Part shown: positions 40,670 to 54,229 of the stretch, in pieces | Layout: each line of letters begins with the position of its first letter | How positions within the stretch are numbered: position 1 is the first letter of the stretch | From: the human T2T-CHM13v2.0 reference genome, Homo sapiens | Direction: 5' to 3' (one strand) | Assembly (NCBI RefSeq): GCF_009914755.1 | Contig: NC_060927.1 | Length of the DNA stretch: 64,000 bases | The notes under the pieces: generated by a model | Seen by the model: only the letters and a program-made list of their open reading frames with translations | What the model was told of the DNA's origin: nothing | The model's database searches: none | Made by a program: the position numbers and the translations under genes

Positions 40670-40806
40670 TTAAGTTTTTATTTTTTATAGAGATGGTGTC
40701 TCAAACTCCATCAAACTCCAGGCTAGTCTCAAACTCTGGAGCTCAAGCAATCTTCCCACCTCCACCTCCCAAAATGCTGGGATTACAGGCATGAACCATG
40801 CCTGGC
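40670..40806 (-). mobile_element. Alu left monomer (FLAM/AluJ fragment)
   Basis: AGAGATGGTGTCTC...GCTCAAGCAATC...GGGATTACAGGCATGA. Confidence 0.85.
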
Positions 40807-40919
40807 TAAAATAAAGAGTTTTTAAAAAGGAATTTAAGAATCAAAACCCAGGAGAGTTTTCTACACTGTGGCCTCTGAAGAAAGCATTTTCCCACTTTCA
40901 TGAAATAGATGGAATTAAG

Positions 40920-41240
40920 ATTGGGCATGGTGGCTCATGCCTGTAATCTCAGCAATTTGGGAGGCCAAGGCAGGTGGGTCATCTGAGCTCAAGGAGTTTG
41001 AGACAAGCCTGGGCACCATGGCAAAACACTTGTCTCTACAAAAACCACAGAAATTAGCCAGGTGAGGTGCTGTGTACCTGTAGTCCCAGCTACCGGGGAG
41101 GGAGGCTGAGCTGGGAAGATTGCTTGAGCCTGGGAGGTGGAGGTCGCAGTGAGCTGAGATGGTGCCACTGCCCTCCAGCCTGGGTGACAGAGAAGACTCT
41201 GTCGCAAAAAAAAAAAAGAAAAGAAAAGAAAAAGAAAATA
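40920..41240 (+). mobile_element. AluJ
   Basis: Full dimer plus A-rich tail. Confidence 0.93.
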
Positions 41241-42318
41241 AAATGTAACCTATGGAATTATATATGGAATTTGTATGTATCACAATAAGCACAATGTTTG
41301 AGGGAAAAATTTAAACTGTGGACCACCAATTGCAGTGCTTACTTTCTTAAAAAATATTCATTCAACAAATCTTTATGGATCTCCTTCCGTGAGCTAAGAA
41401 CCGTGCTACTGTGAGTATCTTTTCTTTGATTTTTGTATAACCTTCATTTCAAAATCTTTCTGCCACATGAAGTGGAATGACGTTTCCAAACATATTTAAT
41501 TTCTCTCAAGAAATTGTTGCGGGTCAGGTTGTGCCACCAACAATGCCCAGGTTGGCTGTTGGTGGTTTTGTTTCCTTGAGTTACTTTGGGTGCTGTTGGT
41601 TATGGGAAGGTTTGGGAAGCTTTTGCTGTATTTGACTCCAAAAAAAAAAAAAAAAAAAACCACAAAAAACGCAAAAAACTGCGCTTGTGAGTTCCTGTTG
41701 TAAATAAATGAGAACGTGCTTTCGTGCCAGTGTGCTTGGGAGCCATCAGGCTTAGCTAGTCTGTTATCCCACAGGAGTAAGGAAACAGGAACAAAGTCTT
41801 GACAAGGTGCTATCTAAACACCTCTCCCATGGCCCACTGTGAATTCTACTGTCACTTTAATATGATGCAACTTAATTCATGGCTGCTGGGCTGTAGCTTC
41901 AATTATGTATGTAACATGAAATGGGAAAAACAATCTAACCTGGTAGTTCTGCTCATGGATAATATTTTAAATGCACAAACTCATGAGAGGATTACATAGC
42001 ATCTTGCAGAGAGCAATGGGAACAAAATAACGGGACATTACAGTGGCTGAAGTTCAGTCAGCTCACATGACATAGTTTCAACTTTTCTATCAGTTTCTTT
42101 TATATGCTTCAGCGTAAGTGTTTACTTTTCTTGAACTTTGGTCTACTGATTAGAAATATGAAGACCCACTTAATCCACTTATATAGATGTAATGATGGTG
42201 AGTGGAAGGAATAAAAGCCAAGAGAACAGGAATGTTTGAATCTGAGGTCTTACAGAATGTAAGCATAATTGCGGAAGTAACAAATGTGATAATAATGAAG
42301 ACTTATAGAAAAAGCAGC

Positions 42319-42585
42319 TAGAGGTGGGTGGATCACGAGGTCAGGAGTTTGAGACCAGCCTAGCCAACGTGGTGAAACCCTGTCTCTATTAAAAATACGA
42401 AAATTAGCCGAGTGTGGTGGCAGGTGCCTGTAATCCCAGCTACTCAGGAGGCTGAGGCAGGAGAATCACTTGAAACTGGAAGGTGGAGGTTGCAGTGAGC
42501 TGAGATCGTGCCACTGTACTCCTCAACAAGAGTGAAACTCTGTCTCAAAAAAAAAAAAAAAGGAAAAAAAAAGAAAAGAAAAAGC
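42319..42585 (+). mobile_element. 5'-truncated AluS (Sg-like)
   Basis: GGATCACGAGGTCAGGAG; TSD AGAAAAAGCAGCTAGA. Confidence 0.93.
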
Positions 42586-42920
42586 AGCTAGAATTTATAC
42601 ATACCCTCCCACACACGTATTTAGATAAATATATTAAAGTGATTAGGTTATGTATGAGGAGAAAAAGAATGGAAAAATAAAAGATATTTGCTTTATCGAA
42701 ATGAGTATAGATAAGATGATTGTGTATAGGCCAAATACATGTGGGAACCTCATGTGGTCCGGAGTCTATGCAAAGTCACATTCTAAGAAGCACAATTTCA
42801 GCATAGAGAGGTGTTGAAAAGAAATCCCCATCCTTACTTGTGCCTCCTGAAAACATTAAAGGAACTCCATCCATATCGTTCAGCAACATTTATCCCAAGT
42901 TCCTTCCTACATTTCCCTGA

Positions 42921-43286
<366 letters not shown>

Positions 43287-44734
43287 TAGGCAAGTTCATT
43301 CTACTAATCTCCCATTTGCCTCTTGGATCTGCTTCTTGCTTGCAATTCTGTTCATAAAAGATCAGGAAACTAGAGTCGTTGGGACTTGCTTTCAGTGGGT
43401 GGATAATGATGGGGAGCTGAGGTGGGTGGGTTTTAGAAACAAACTCCTGTAAGGAAGCCCCCCCATGGAAGGTCTTGGCTTGCTCCAGTCTCAAGCTGGA
43501 GGTCAGCAGAACCCCTTTGGCTTATAAACAGGTTCCTCTTCCTCCTCCAACAGCCTCTGTCATCATGCCCTTGGTTGCAGAAGGAGCTTTTCTCAGACTT
43601 AAGAACAGAAAAACTAGAGCATGGAACCAGGTTATAATTGTTATCCAGGGGCAATTCAGATGCAGTGGGCCCTAGGGAGTGCTGCTCCTGGTCTTGTGAA
43701 GCAGCTGCCTCCTCAGCCAGCGCTTCCCCACAAAAGTTTCATAAAAGCTCTTTATTACATAATTATACTTCTGCATCTTGTAGTTATGTGAGGTAACTAC
43801 TTGCAATTAGCATGTTTAATTAGCAAATTAGGTGATATAATCACAATACGGAGCAAAATTTGTCATGAAATTGGAGTTCATTAACAATCGGAGTTCATAA
43901 ACAAATGGCTTTTGTCTTTAAGGAGGGGGGAAGAAAAACCTCAATGTAAACCTTCAGTTTTGGTGGATAGTGAGATTGAATTTATGTTGAGCGCTAAAAG
44001 GGGAGCTTTCCATCTGTCTCCCAGAAGGAGCCTGCTCTCCCCCTTTAGCTGGGCATTAGTCACTGTGGTGTGTAACTGTCCCCTTTGTCACTCCTGGGCT
44101 GTGCTGGGTTTTCTCTCTAGGGTAGATGTGGAGCTGATTTGCCTGGAGACACGTGTTGTAGAGTGTTGGCGCTCAACTGGTCCAGTTCATTCTGTGCAAG
44201 AGATGCTTAGTGTGCCCTACTGTGTGTTAGGCACTTTGAGGTGACGGAGATGAGCTAAGCGGCTTAATTTGGAAATCAACTTCTAAATATATTGGAAACA
44301 AATAGAGGAATGTAGAGAATGCTGGGGGAGTGCAGAGGAGGGGGTAATTAATCAGTGGGCAATTGAGGTAGCCACTTTGATGGGGCATTTCCCAGGAAAA
44401 AAAAGTATATTCAAACCACCCAACCAAACCAAGGTGCAAATAATTTGTTCAGACCCTACTGTGTGTCCCTACGCCACAGTTCTTAACGTGGAGTTCGAAG
44501 ACCGCCCCTACCGCTTCTGTAATTGGGCTCGATTGTTGTCTGGGCCTTGCTTCATTCTCTTGGAGGACAGGTGATGAGTTTATCAGTCTTGTGACCATGT
44601 AAGACATGAAATTTTAGGTCAAATTTTATGGATTTGTATTGTTTTGTAGAAAAGTACATAGATTTATCTATATTGATGTGGCATATTTCCAGTGGTGTCT
44701 GTGACCCACAAAATATTAACATTACTGGTCTCGA

Positions 44735-45174
44735 CAGTTGGCCCTTGAACAACATGGAGATTAGGCACGCTGATCCCCGATGCAGTCTAAAATTCATATA
44801 TAACTTTTGACTCCTGTAGAATTGAATTACTAATAACCTACTGTTGATGGGAAGCCTTACTGATAACATAGGCAGTAGATTAACACATATTTTGTATGTT
44901 ATATGCATTATATACTGTATTCTTATAATAAAGTAAGCTAAAGAAAGAAAATGTTATTAAGAAAATCATAAGAAAGAGAAAATATATTTGCTACTCAATA
45001 AATGGAATGAGACTATGACAAAGGCTATCATCCTCATTGTCTTCACATTGAGTAGGCTGAGAAGGAGGAAGAAGAGGTGTCAATCTTGCTGTCTCAGGGG
45101 TGGCAGAGGCAGAAGAAAACTTATGTATAATTAGACTTGCAGGATTCAAACCCGTGTTGTTCAAGGGTCAACTA
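44735..45174. mobile_element. Tigger2a (MER28) MITE
   Basis: CAGTTGGCCCTTGAACAACA...TGTTGTTCAAGGGTCAACTA TIRs, ~440 bp. Confidence 0.92.
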
Positions 45175-45309
45175 TATTGACAAATTATATATATATATAT
45201 ATATACATATATATATTCACTAATTTCATAAATATAATCTAGGAGATAGAGATAGGGGCACAGCTCCTACTTGAAGTTACCAGGGACAAAAAAAAAAAAA
45301 CCCAACAAA

Positions 45310-45745
45310 ACATAAAGATGGCAGAGATGGCCAGTTGACCAAAGAATGTACTCTCTTTCCATACAGTAGCACTGCAGTTAGGAAGCAGCCAGGGATACTT
45401 TTCAACCCCACTTGCATCTAAGCGTAGCCATATGCCTAAATCTTCCCAATGGAACATGAATGATGCAATGTGTGTCACTTTCAAGCTGACCAGGATAAAA
45501 AATATGTCTTATTTCTTCACCCTTTTCTTCCCACTTCTGAAATGACCTTGGGAGCTATGTGTTGAAGATGGCAGTCACAAGATACAAGGAATCTGGATTT
45601 ATCAATGCCCAAGTAGAAGGCTGCTTCTTGAACATCTATACTGCTTAGGTTCAATGGACTGCTGTTTAAACCAAAAAGAAATGTATACTGTAGTAGTCAT
45701 GAATATTTTTGTGTTTCTACGTCACAGAAACTAAGGTTGCCTTAC
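45310..45745 (+). mobile_element. Old MLT1 LTR
   Basis: CCACTTGCATCTAAGCGTAGCCATATGCCTAAATCTTCCCAATGGAA...GTTGAAGATGGCAG; boundaries approximate. Confidence 0.65.
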
Positions 45746-46349
45746 CTTATGCAAAAGGCAAGTTCAACAGAATGTGGTGTTATGATGATGCTACATGCAA
45801 TGGGACAGTAGAAGACGAAGACGGAGAAAATGAAGGAAAGCAACTAAAGCGGGACAAAGTGTAAGCAATGACTCCGTGATGAGTAGATACCAAAGTAAAG
45901 AGCCCACAGTAGGTCCTACAGGGGTGGCAGAAAGTGGGAGACAGAAGGTGAATATTTCAAGCCGAGAGAACAACACAGGCAAACTCCTGGAAGTGCGAGT
46001 GAGTGGAGTAGCTCCATATGGCTGAAGTAGGTAATGGTATAGGGATGGAGGTTAGAGACATGCACAAGGTATTCTTAGATCTTGAAGGAGTTTAGACTTG
46101 ACTCAGGGGACACGAGTCACGAGCTATAAAGAAAATGACATAATTGGATTTGGGCTTTTGAAAGATAACACTAGTTACGGTGCGAAGGATGAAGGGGACA
46201 AGATTAGACTACAGACAGGGTGCCTAATGCAAAGCAAATATTTTAATCCTGGTGATTAAAGGCAGCAGTTCAAACTGAGGCAGAGTTAATGGGAACAGAG
46301 AGAAGTGGCAGGATTTGACAATGACTAGATAAGAGAGAAAAGGGATATA

Positions 46350-46683
46350 CAGTCATCCCTCAGTATCCATGAGGAATTGGTTCCAAGACCTTCCCTCCTG
46401 ATCCTTCACCCCACCAGTGCTCAAGTCCCTAGCATAAATAATATAGTATTTACATATAACCTACACACATCCTCCTGTATACTTCAATCATCTCTAGATT
46501 ACTTATAACACCTAATACAATATCTACACATCACTTCATTTGTATGGATTCAACATAGTACTTGGCATGTGGCAAATTCAAGTTTTGCTTTTTGTAAGTT
46601 TGTGGAAATTTTTTGGTTCCAAATATTTTCAGTAGTTGGTTGAATTCATGGATGTGGAACCCCCAGATCCAGAGGGCCAACTA
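46350..46683. mobile_element. MER2-family (Tigger) MITE
   Basis: TA|CAGTCATCCCTCAGTATCCATG...GATCCAGAGGGCCAACTA. Confidence 0.88.
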
Positions 46684-47760
46684 TGTAGAACTAAAGCCAG
46701 AGATAAATGCCAGGATAGGAAAGGGCAGAGGGCTCAGAATACATAATGATGGTGCCAATCTTGGTTTTGCTATTAGGTTGGTTCATGGGTTTTATCTCAG
46801 TAGGTTTAGTTTACCTAAAAATGGGCAAACTAAATAGTTTGCAGGGTTTTTGTCAGGATAAAATAAGACCCAGCATATGGAAGTATTACATAACTCAACA
46901 ATGCTTTATAAAGGGAAGTTTCTTGGCTACAGATAAAGTCTACATAACCCTTGTCCAAATATCTCATCCCCAGGAATCTGAGCATTGGAGTATCTTTAAG
47001 ACTCTTTAAAGGTGGAGTTTTAGAGGTTCTACATGGAGAAGAATCACGTTCTACTCTGGTGGATCAATCTCATAGATATTGGGAGGGTGGTGTCTCCCCA
47101 AGTGAGCCAACTACTTGCCTCAAAAAGAGTTGTAGAGGCCTCAGAGTGGTTCAGCTTTCCTTAGCACTACTGCATTTGGAGACATCATATGTCTGTACAT
47201 CTTTGGGGGTCATCTTTCCTTCTGGTATAGTCCCTGAATCCCTGCATTTATAGCTTCCTCAAACCACTCAAGTAATCTCAGTCTTTTGCTACTAAGGGTA
47301 GTAAAAAGTTCTCTGTAATGGAGATCAGTATTCTTAAGTTTCCTCATTTCTTACAAAAAGCACTATGGCCTGTAGATAGTTGGAGAGTTCAGAATGACTC
47401 CTCATTTTTTAAGTCATAAACGGCTTCTTTGTGAGCACAGGGTAGAAACACTAGACTCTCAAAAACCACTTGCCATGCAGTTCTCACTGTCACATAACAT
47501 ATCTATAGTGTGATAGTTTTCCTTGATTCCTGATACCAGCTGGGTTCTCTGTACTATATTTTACAGTTAGTGGTAAAGACACTGAGTTCATTTCTGAAAA
47601 ACAACTACCTCTGCATAACTTGTAAGATTTCAATATTTAGTTCTGTCTGACAGGCATAAGCACTCGCCATTTTCCTACACATCTGGACCTTGGAGATAAT
47701 TCAAATATATCTCTTCAATCAGATTGACAGCCTTTTTTTGGACCTAAAGAACCCTGATTT

Positions 47761-47824
47761 AAACAATTTTTCTTAAATGTACTTTCCGAGGCAAACAATT
47801 TTTCTTAAATGTACTTTCCAAGGC
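47761..47824 (+). repeat. 32-bp tandem duplication
   Basis: AAACAATTTTTCTTAAATGTACTTTCC(G/A)AGGC x2, 31/32 identical. Confidence 0.95.
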
Positions 47825-48439
47825 TTGGCTAGACAACTTGGCAGGTGGCAAGTCATTGGAGTTCATAGCAGAATGAATCTTTGACTGAAATACCTGGGTC
47901 AAAGACAAAAAAGAGAGCAGTTCATACAACACAGCAGCTGGTATTATAAACTCCTTGCACAAAAAACAATTTGCAACATGTATAGATGTATCATTAGTGC
48001 TTTTGGAATAATAAACCTTTCATTTGATTGCACCGTTTTAAATGTTTGATGGAGTGTATTGTGCTGCCTAATTTAGTTTTTCTTGAATGGCAGCATGGAT
48101 TATGTTCCCCATTTGCATTTGCAGTTCATCAAGTGCCTGCCATTCTCCTGTAATGAGAAATGTTTCCAGAAGGGAAAGATAAGATATGGGGTGAAAGGTA
48201 GTGGACTGTCAAAAAGCAATGCAGGCATATGCAAGACGGTAGGCCCCAGGCAGATGACACTGGAGTCCAGGCTGGGCAGCTCTCTTGGAGGGAGGTTCTG
48301 CCTGGCTTTCCCCCAGAAGCCAGAGGTAAAGCATCTATTAATACATACAAGGGGCACTGGAATGGGCTGTGGTTTTTCTGCCCAGCATGTATTCCCATCT
48401 CCTTTATGATAACACTGCCTCCTTTCCCTTGGGAAACTT

Positions 48440-48955
48440 CTCCACCAGTACATGGGGTCTTTGTGGGACAGTCAATCGTAACACCCTCTCCCTCCTCCAA
48501 ACACATCTGGAGTGGGCATGTAAACCAGGCTGGACCAGTCTGAGTATACTTTTCCCTCTCAGAACAATGAATGGCTCAGGAACAGGCATGTGACCAAAGT
48601 CAGACCAATCAGATTCTGTCCCCAGACTTTACCAAATTAGTTGCAGAGACAGCTTGTGCTTGTTTTTGGCTGACATGATGTAAACGTATATCAACAGCCA
48701 TCTTTCTCACAATGTTGAAAGGGTCTCTGAGGCAGGAGGGGGCAAGATGAGTGTATAAAAAGAAGTCAGCACCTAGACAGATATAGAGAGAGTGTCCTAG
48801 AGCACTCATACTCTAAGTCTCTGCATCCAGGAAAGAAGTCCACCCCTGGAGTCCCCAGGTATATAAGCTCATACATTCTATTTCTTCCATGTCTCGATGC
48901 AGCTGCTTTGACTTGGGTTTTTGTCAGTTGAAATAAAAGAGTTCTGATGAATACA
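48440..48955 (+). mobile_element. Old MLT1 LTR
   Basis: GGCATGTGACCAAAGTCAGACCAATCAGA...GGGTTTTTGTCAGTTGAAATAAAAGAGTTCTGATGAATACA. Confidence 0.65.
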
Positions 48956-49364
48956 GTTATAAAAAATGCAATTACAATAAAGAAATCAACAAAAATTATC
49001 CATAACGTATTCTACCAAGACCCATGTCTAGGAACTACTCATGCTAGCTTTTTGTACCTAGCATATGTAACATAATGACTATTAGCATATTTTTTTATGA
49101 GAGTGATAAAAATCACGTTAGGGTAAAGTCAGCAAAGAGGTCATTTTCTCCCCCATGTGTAGCAGGAAATTGTGTTTAAATGTTGGAGCGAGAATGCCAC
49201 CATCCATTGCCATAACAGGCACAGTTGTATATAGCAACATCCTCTTAGACACAGGCAGAAAGTTGTTTTTAAAAGTGAAGGGTTATTATGGAGAAAAATT
49301 TTCCCTTTCTCAACATTTGTATCCTCCTCTTCATTTGAAGTCTCCATTTCCTATCATTTCTATT

Positions 49365-50910
49365 TTTTAAAAAATAACAGCTTTATTGAGATATATTTCA
49401 CATACTGTATAATCTGCCTATTTAAAGCACACATACGATTCGATGATGTTTAATAGATAATATTTACAGAATTGTGCAAGGGCTAACAGAATCAGTTTTT
49501 AGAGCATTTTCACCACCCCTAAAAGAAACTCTGTGCCCTTTAGCAATCCTCCTCCGGGAGCCCATCCCTTCAGCCCCTGGGAACCACTAATCTGCCTTTT
49601 GTCTCTATGAATTTCTTTATTCTGAAATTTCATATAAATAAAATACTGAAAGGAAAATAAAAACCTTGGGACCCCAAACTCTCTATGCTAAGGGGAAAAG
49701 TCAAGCTTGAGAACTCAATCACCAAACTGCCTCCCATTTCGTTCCTAAATAGATAGCTACGAAGACAAAAGGCTGTATACCTCCCTCACAATTTCCTCAA
49801 GGGAAAATTCCTTGTGGGCCCCAAGATCTTTACACAAAAACAGTTCTGTTGAATTTCGCCCTGACAGTGTAAATTAACAGCTTATCCTCACAGGTATGGA
49901 ACAAAGGACTGAACTGGAAGTCATCCCTCTGCTCATCTGAGACAAATGTATATTTGATTCCTCTACTCTCTGTTTACTTTATCTTATGTAAAAATGCAGA
50001 TTTACTGAGCATGAGACAAATGCATAACTATTTCTCTACCCTCTCCTTTCAAAGTAAAATGTGGACTCACTGAATGCTGATCAAAGACTCAAAAGAATGC
50101 AACTGCTTGCCCCTTTTATCTACCATCCTCTTTTTTTTTCCCCTTCATTTTTTCCTACTGCCTGCTCTTTCCCCTTCAAATATTGAAGTCCCCAATCTCT
50201 CTTTGGAAAAAGCATGGACCACAGATGTTACTGTGGTTTTGTGTTCCTTTTTCCCCAGGGCATCCTCAACCTTGGCAAAATAAACTCCTAAATTAATTGA
50301 GACCTGTCTCAGATACTTTTTGGTTTACAGAATCATGTAACATACGTTCTTTTGTGACTGGCTTCTTTTGCTTGATGTCATATTTTCAAGGTTCATCTAT
50401 TTAGTATCAGTAGCCATTCTTTTTTTACAGCAGAATAATATTCTATTCTACGGGCATACCACATTTTGTTTATCAATTCATTCACTCATAGACTTTTGGG
50501 TTGTTTCTACCGTTTGGCTATTTTGTTATGAATGTTCACGTATAATGTCTGTGTGGACATATGTTTGCATTACCCTTGGGTATATACCTAGGAATGGAAA
50601 TGCTGGGTCATATGGTAACTCCTTTTTTTCAACTTTTTGAGAAAATGCCATCCTGTTTTCCAAAGCTACACCATTTTTTTTATTCCCACCTGAACTGTAT
50701 GAAGCTTCCACTTTTTCCCCATTCTTGTCAGTACTTACGTCATTTTGATTATTGCTCTCCTAGAAGGTATGACATGATATCTCACTGTGGTTTTGATATG
50801 TGTTTCCCTGATGGCTAATGAGGTTGACCTCTTTTCATGTACTTTGTGGCCATTTATATATTTCCTTTGGAGGAATGTTTATTCAGATCATTTGCTCATT
50901 TTAAAATTGA
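49365..50910 (-). mobile_element. L1MB-type 3' end interrupted by MER4
   Basis: CAGCTTTATTGAGATAT...CAGCCCCTGGGAACCACTAATC...TTGGGTATATACCTAGGAATGG. Confidence 0.85.
49647..50329 (+). mobile_element. MER4-family solo LTR (ERV1)
   Basis: TGAAAGGAAAATAAAAACCTTGGGACCCCAAAC...GGCAAAATAAAC...TTTGGTTTACA. Confidence 0.88.
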
Positions 50911-51119
50911 GTCTGATCACCTTGATAGCAGTAGCAAGAGTACATTGGTCAAAGGACTTTCTCTCCCTTCTTCACAATCCCCCCTTTTAGGAATGTAAGT
51001 AAAGATCCCTGTTGGTAGCTGATTGGGCATTAAGAAAGAGGGGTGCATCTAGGTTCATTCTCAGGTAACTGGATGGGTAGTGGTGTTATCTTTACAGATG
51101 GAGAATAATATGCAAGGTA

Positions 51120-51315
51120 GAATTTAGAGCTATAGGTTCCAATCCTGATGTTGCCACTGCTAGCTATGTAACTTTGGACAAATTAATCTCTCTTTGCCTC
51201 CATTTCACTATCTGTAAATTGAGGCTAGTAATAGTGCCTACCTCATACAATTAATGTAAAAGGTAAATGATTTAACATACACAAAACACTTAGAACTGTG
51301 TGTGTTTATCATTAT
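51120..51315 (+). mobile_element. MIR
   Basis: GTAACTTTGGACAAATTA...ATCTGTAAATTGAGGCTAGTAATAGTGCCTACCTCAT. Confidence 0.8.
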
Positions 51316-53132
51316 TTGCTTTCTACTTCTTCCTCTCCATTATCTTCTTTGATATCATCATCATCATCATAACCAAGAATGCAGGAGGAAGAGGAATTTA
51401 AGAGAACGTAAGTAATCTGTTAATACATTCCATTTTGGGCATGCTTATTGGAGTACCTGTGGACATCCAGTTACAGACATCTAGTAGTTAAGTGGATGAG
51501 GAGCCAGTAACCAAAGCTGGTGGTTATAAAGTAGGAAAACTCTAGTGATGGTGCTGTGTAGGAAATTAAAGGAGAAGAAGGTTTAATAAACCGGGTGGTC
51601 TATAACACTAAATACCCTATAAAGTTCAAATAATACAGGGGACTAGTGAGCCTATTGAATTGAGTAATAAGGAGCTTGTTGGTAGCATTTAATGGAGCAT
51701 TTTCAGAGAAGGGGGTCTCTTTCACTTAGCCAATGACTCCATTGAAGCTGGAGGCCATGACTTAGCTCATAATCATGTGATTTTCTCTGGTAGGGAAGAA
51801 AGTAATTGGGTAGTGTTAACAATTCAGAGACCCGAGTCCCCCATGGGTACTTCTTTCCTTTCAGGCTGTCAACACAAGAAGCTTATGTCTAAGGAAGAAT
51901 CATTGGCAGAATGGGAAATAAGGTCAGGGCTTGGTAGTCCTGTGGAAAATACTCAGTTCCAATGGGGGGCTTTTTTGGTAAAATCAAATTGGAGCATGAA
52001 CCTGAACGTGTAGACTGGCCCTTGGACTTAAGCTTCTTACCTTTGTCATGTGGAAGCAAGAAGTTAAATAAGTAGTGGGAAGAGTGTCTTCACAGAGTGG
52101 GGGCAGGACATGAAGAAGGCAATGCAACATAGTTGCATTCCTGACAAGGCACAAGTATCCCACTCACTTATAGAATATGGGCCAATAAGCATCTGCACAA
52201 GCAGCCCTTCTTCTGTTGGGAGGGCCAAATATTCCTTCATGATCCCACTCTTGGAGTCATTCCAGAAATTTGACATGAGGGGTCCAACTTCCTCCCTTCT
52301 TGGCAGTTTGACAGAGCGGAAGTTGGGGGTTACCAGGGTATATATGCCAGAGGATGTGATTTCCACATCTAACATATGATTCACAAAAACAATACTTTCT
52401 TGATCTTTTAAGAAGCTTATAATCATAGAACACTTGGAAGTTATACTCTTCATAGAACACCATGAAATATTGATACATTTAATTTTAGGAATAATTTTAA
52501 GCAGAAAATATGGCTCTATTATATGTCACAATATAAAATCATAACCACAAACGCATACATCCATAAAAAATCATGCTGCTGAATTAAGAGTGATTGGCTG
52601 TTTGCATTAACTTTTGCTTGATACTTATTCATTACATTTGTTATCAGCTAGCACTCACCAGCAGACAAGAAGTAGCAGGTGCAAAAAAGGCTCAAAAATT
52701 TTGGCAAAGAAAAGCTTAAAATTGTGAAAATTTTATCCATTAAGTTATATTTTCTGGAAATTGCAACACCCCTGCAATTATTCCAATTTAGTGATGGAAC
52801 ATATCCGTTTTGCAGACTGAGAATCTCTAAACTAGTTCTAAAAATTTAATACTACAAGTTGTCCCGTACCAGAAAGGCTGTGACTTGTCTATTAATAGAT
52901 ACTATATTAAGAGCTCATTTTTGCTTTGGTAGAGGGCTGAGAGGCTTCAGTTTTGCTGTTTGCACTTTCCATTTCCTGTTACCACATGCAAATGAACTAT
53001 TCAACTTTTTTTCCTTTCTCATATTAACTTACCTAAATGTTTGTGCCATATACAAAATGGTATCTATCCAGAGAAGAGGTAAGAGTGATGAAGTGTGAGT
53101 AGAGTCTCTCTTCTGAGAGCTTCTGGCTATTA

Positions 53133-53496
<364 letters not shown>

Positions 53497-53529
53497 GGAA
53501 TATAAGAATATATATTCTTATATATATTC

Positions 53530-53640
53530 TTATATCTATATAAGATGTACAGAATATAACTGCTGCTTATATATATATAAGAGGTACAGAATATAACTGC
53601 TGCTTAAATATATATAAGAGGTACAGAATATAACTGCTGT
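53530..53640 (+). repeat. ~36-bp x3 tandem repeat
   Basis: TATATAAGA(T/G)GTACAGAATATAACTGCTG three times. Confidence 0.92.
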
Positions 53641-53979
53641 ACCTCCAGCATCTACACTGGGGCCAGAGCATAGTAGGTGATTAATACACTTCACTTAATC
53701 TGAAGTTCTCATAGAAGGATTGTATTTAGGATGGTATGACTTTTGGAGTAAGACATACTTGGATTTGATCTCAGCTTACTATCTTAGGCAATGAATGTAA
53801 TGTCTCAAAATTTATTTACACATCTGTTTAATTGAGACAATATTTAGCTTTTATAGCATTGTCATGAGGATTGAGAATTACTCTAAGTATAACATTAATA
53901 TCAGGCCTTGCACATAGGATTTAATTAATAAATGGCAGTTATTGTTATTCCAGACTGGAATAACATGCACTCCAGCCTG

Positions 53980-54217
53980 CATGATCTGGGCTCACTGCAA
54001 ACTCCGCCTCCCGGGTTAAAGCAATTCTCCTGCCTCAGCCTCCTGAGTAGCTAGGATTACAGGCATGTGCCACCACACCCAACTAATTTTTGTATTTTTA
54101 GTAGAGACGGAGTTTCACCATGTTGGCCAGGATGGTCTCAATCTTCTGACCTTGGGATCTGCCCCCCTCGGCCTCCCAAAGTGCTGGGATTACAGGCGTG
54201 AGCCACTGCACCTGGCT
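53980..54217 (-). mobile_element. AluS lacking its 3' end and tail
   Basis: Begins abruptly at CATGATCTGGGCTCACTGC; no poly-T. Confidence 0.92.
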
Positions 54218-54229
54218 GTAAATTCTAAC

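Noticed and set aside
41640-41690. Orphan poly-A tract as a retrocopy tail
   Set aside because: No recognisable upstream element and no TSD
52064-52453. 129-aa ORF in non-repeat DNA
   Set aside because: No recognisable protein family, and no poly-A or TSD to suggest a retrocopy; BLASTX would be needed to revive it
53530-53640. 36-bp periodic array resembling a CRISPR repeat
   Set aside because: Primate DNA, no unique spacers, no cas genes; it is a tandem repeat
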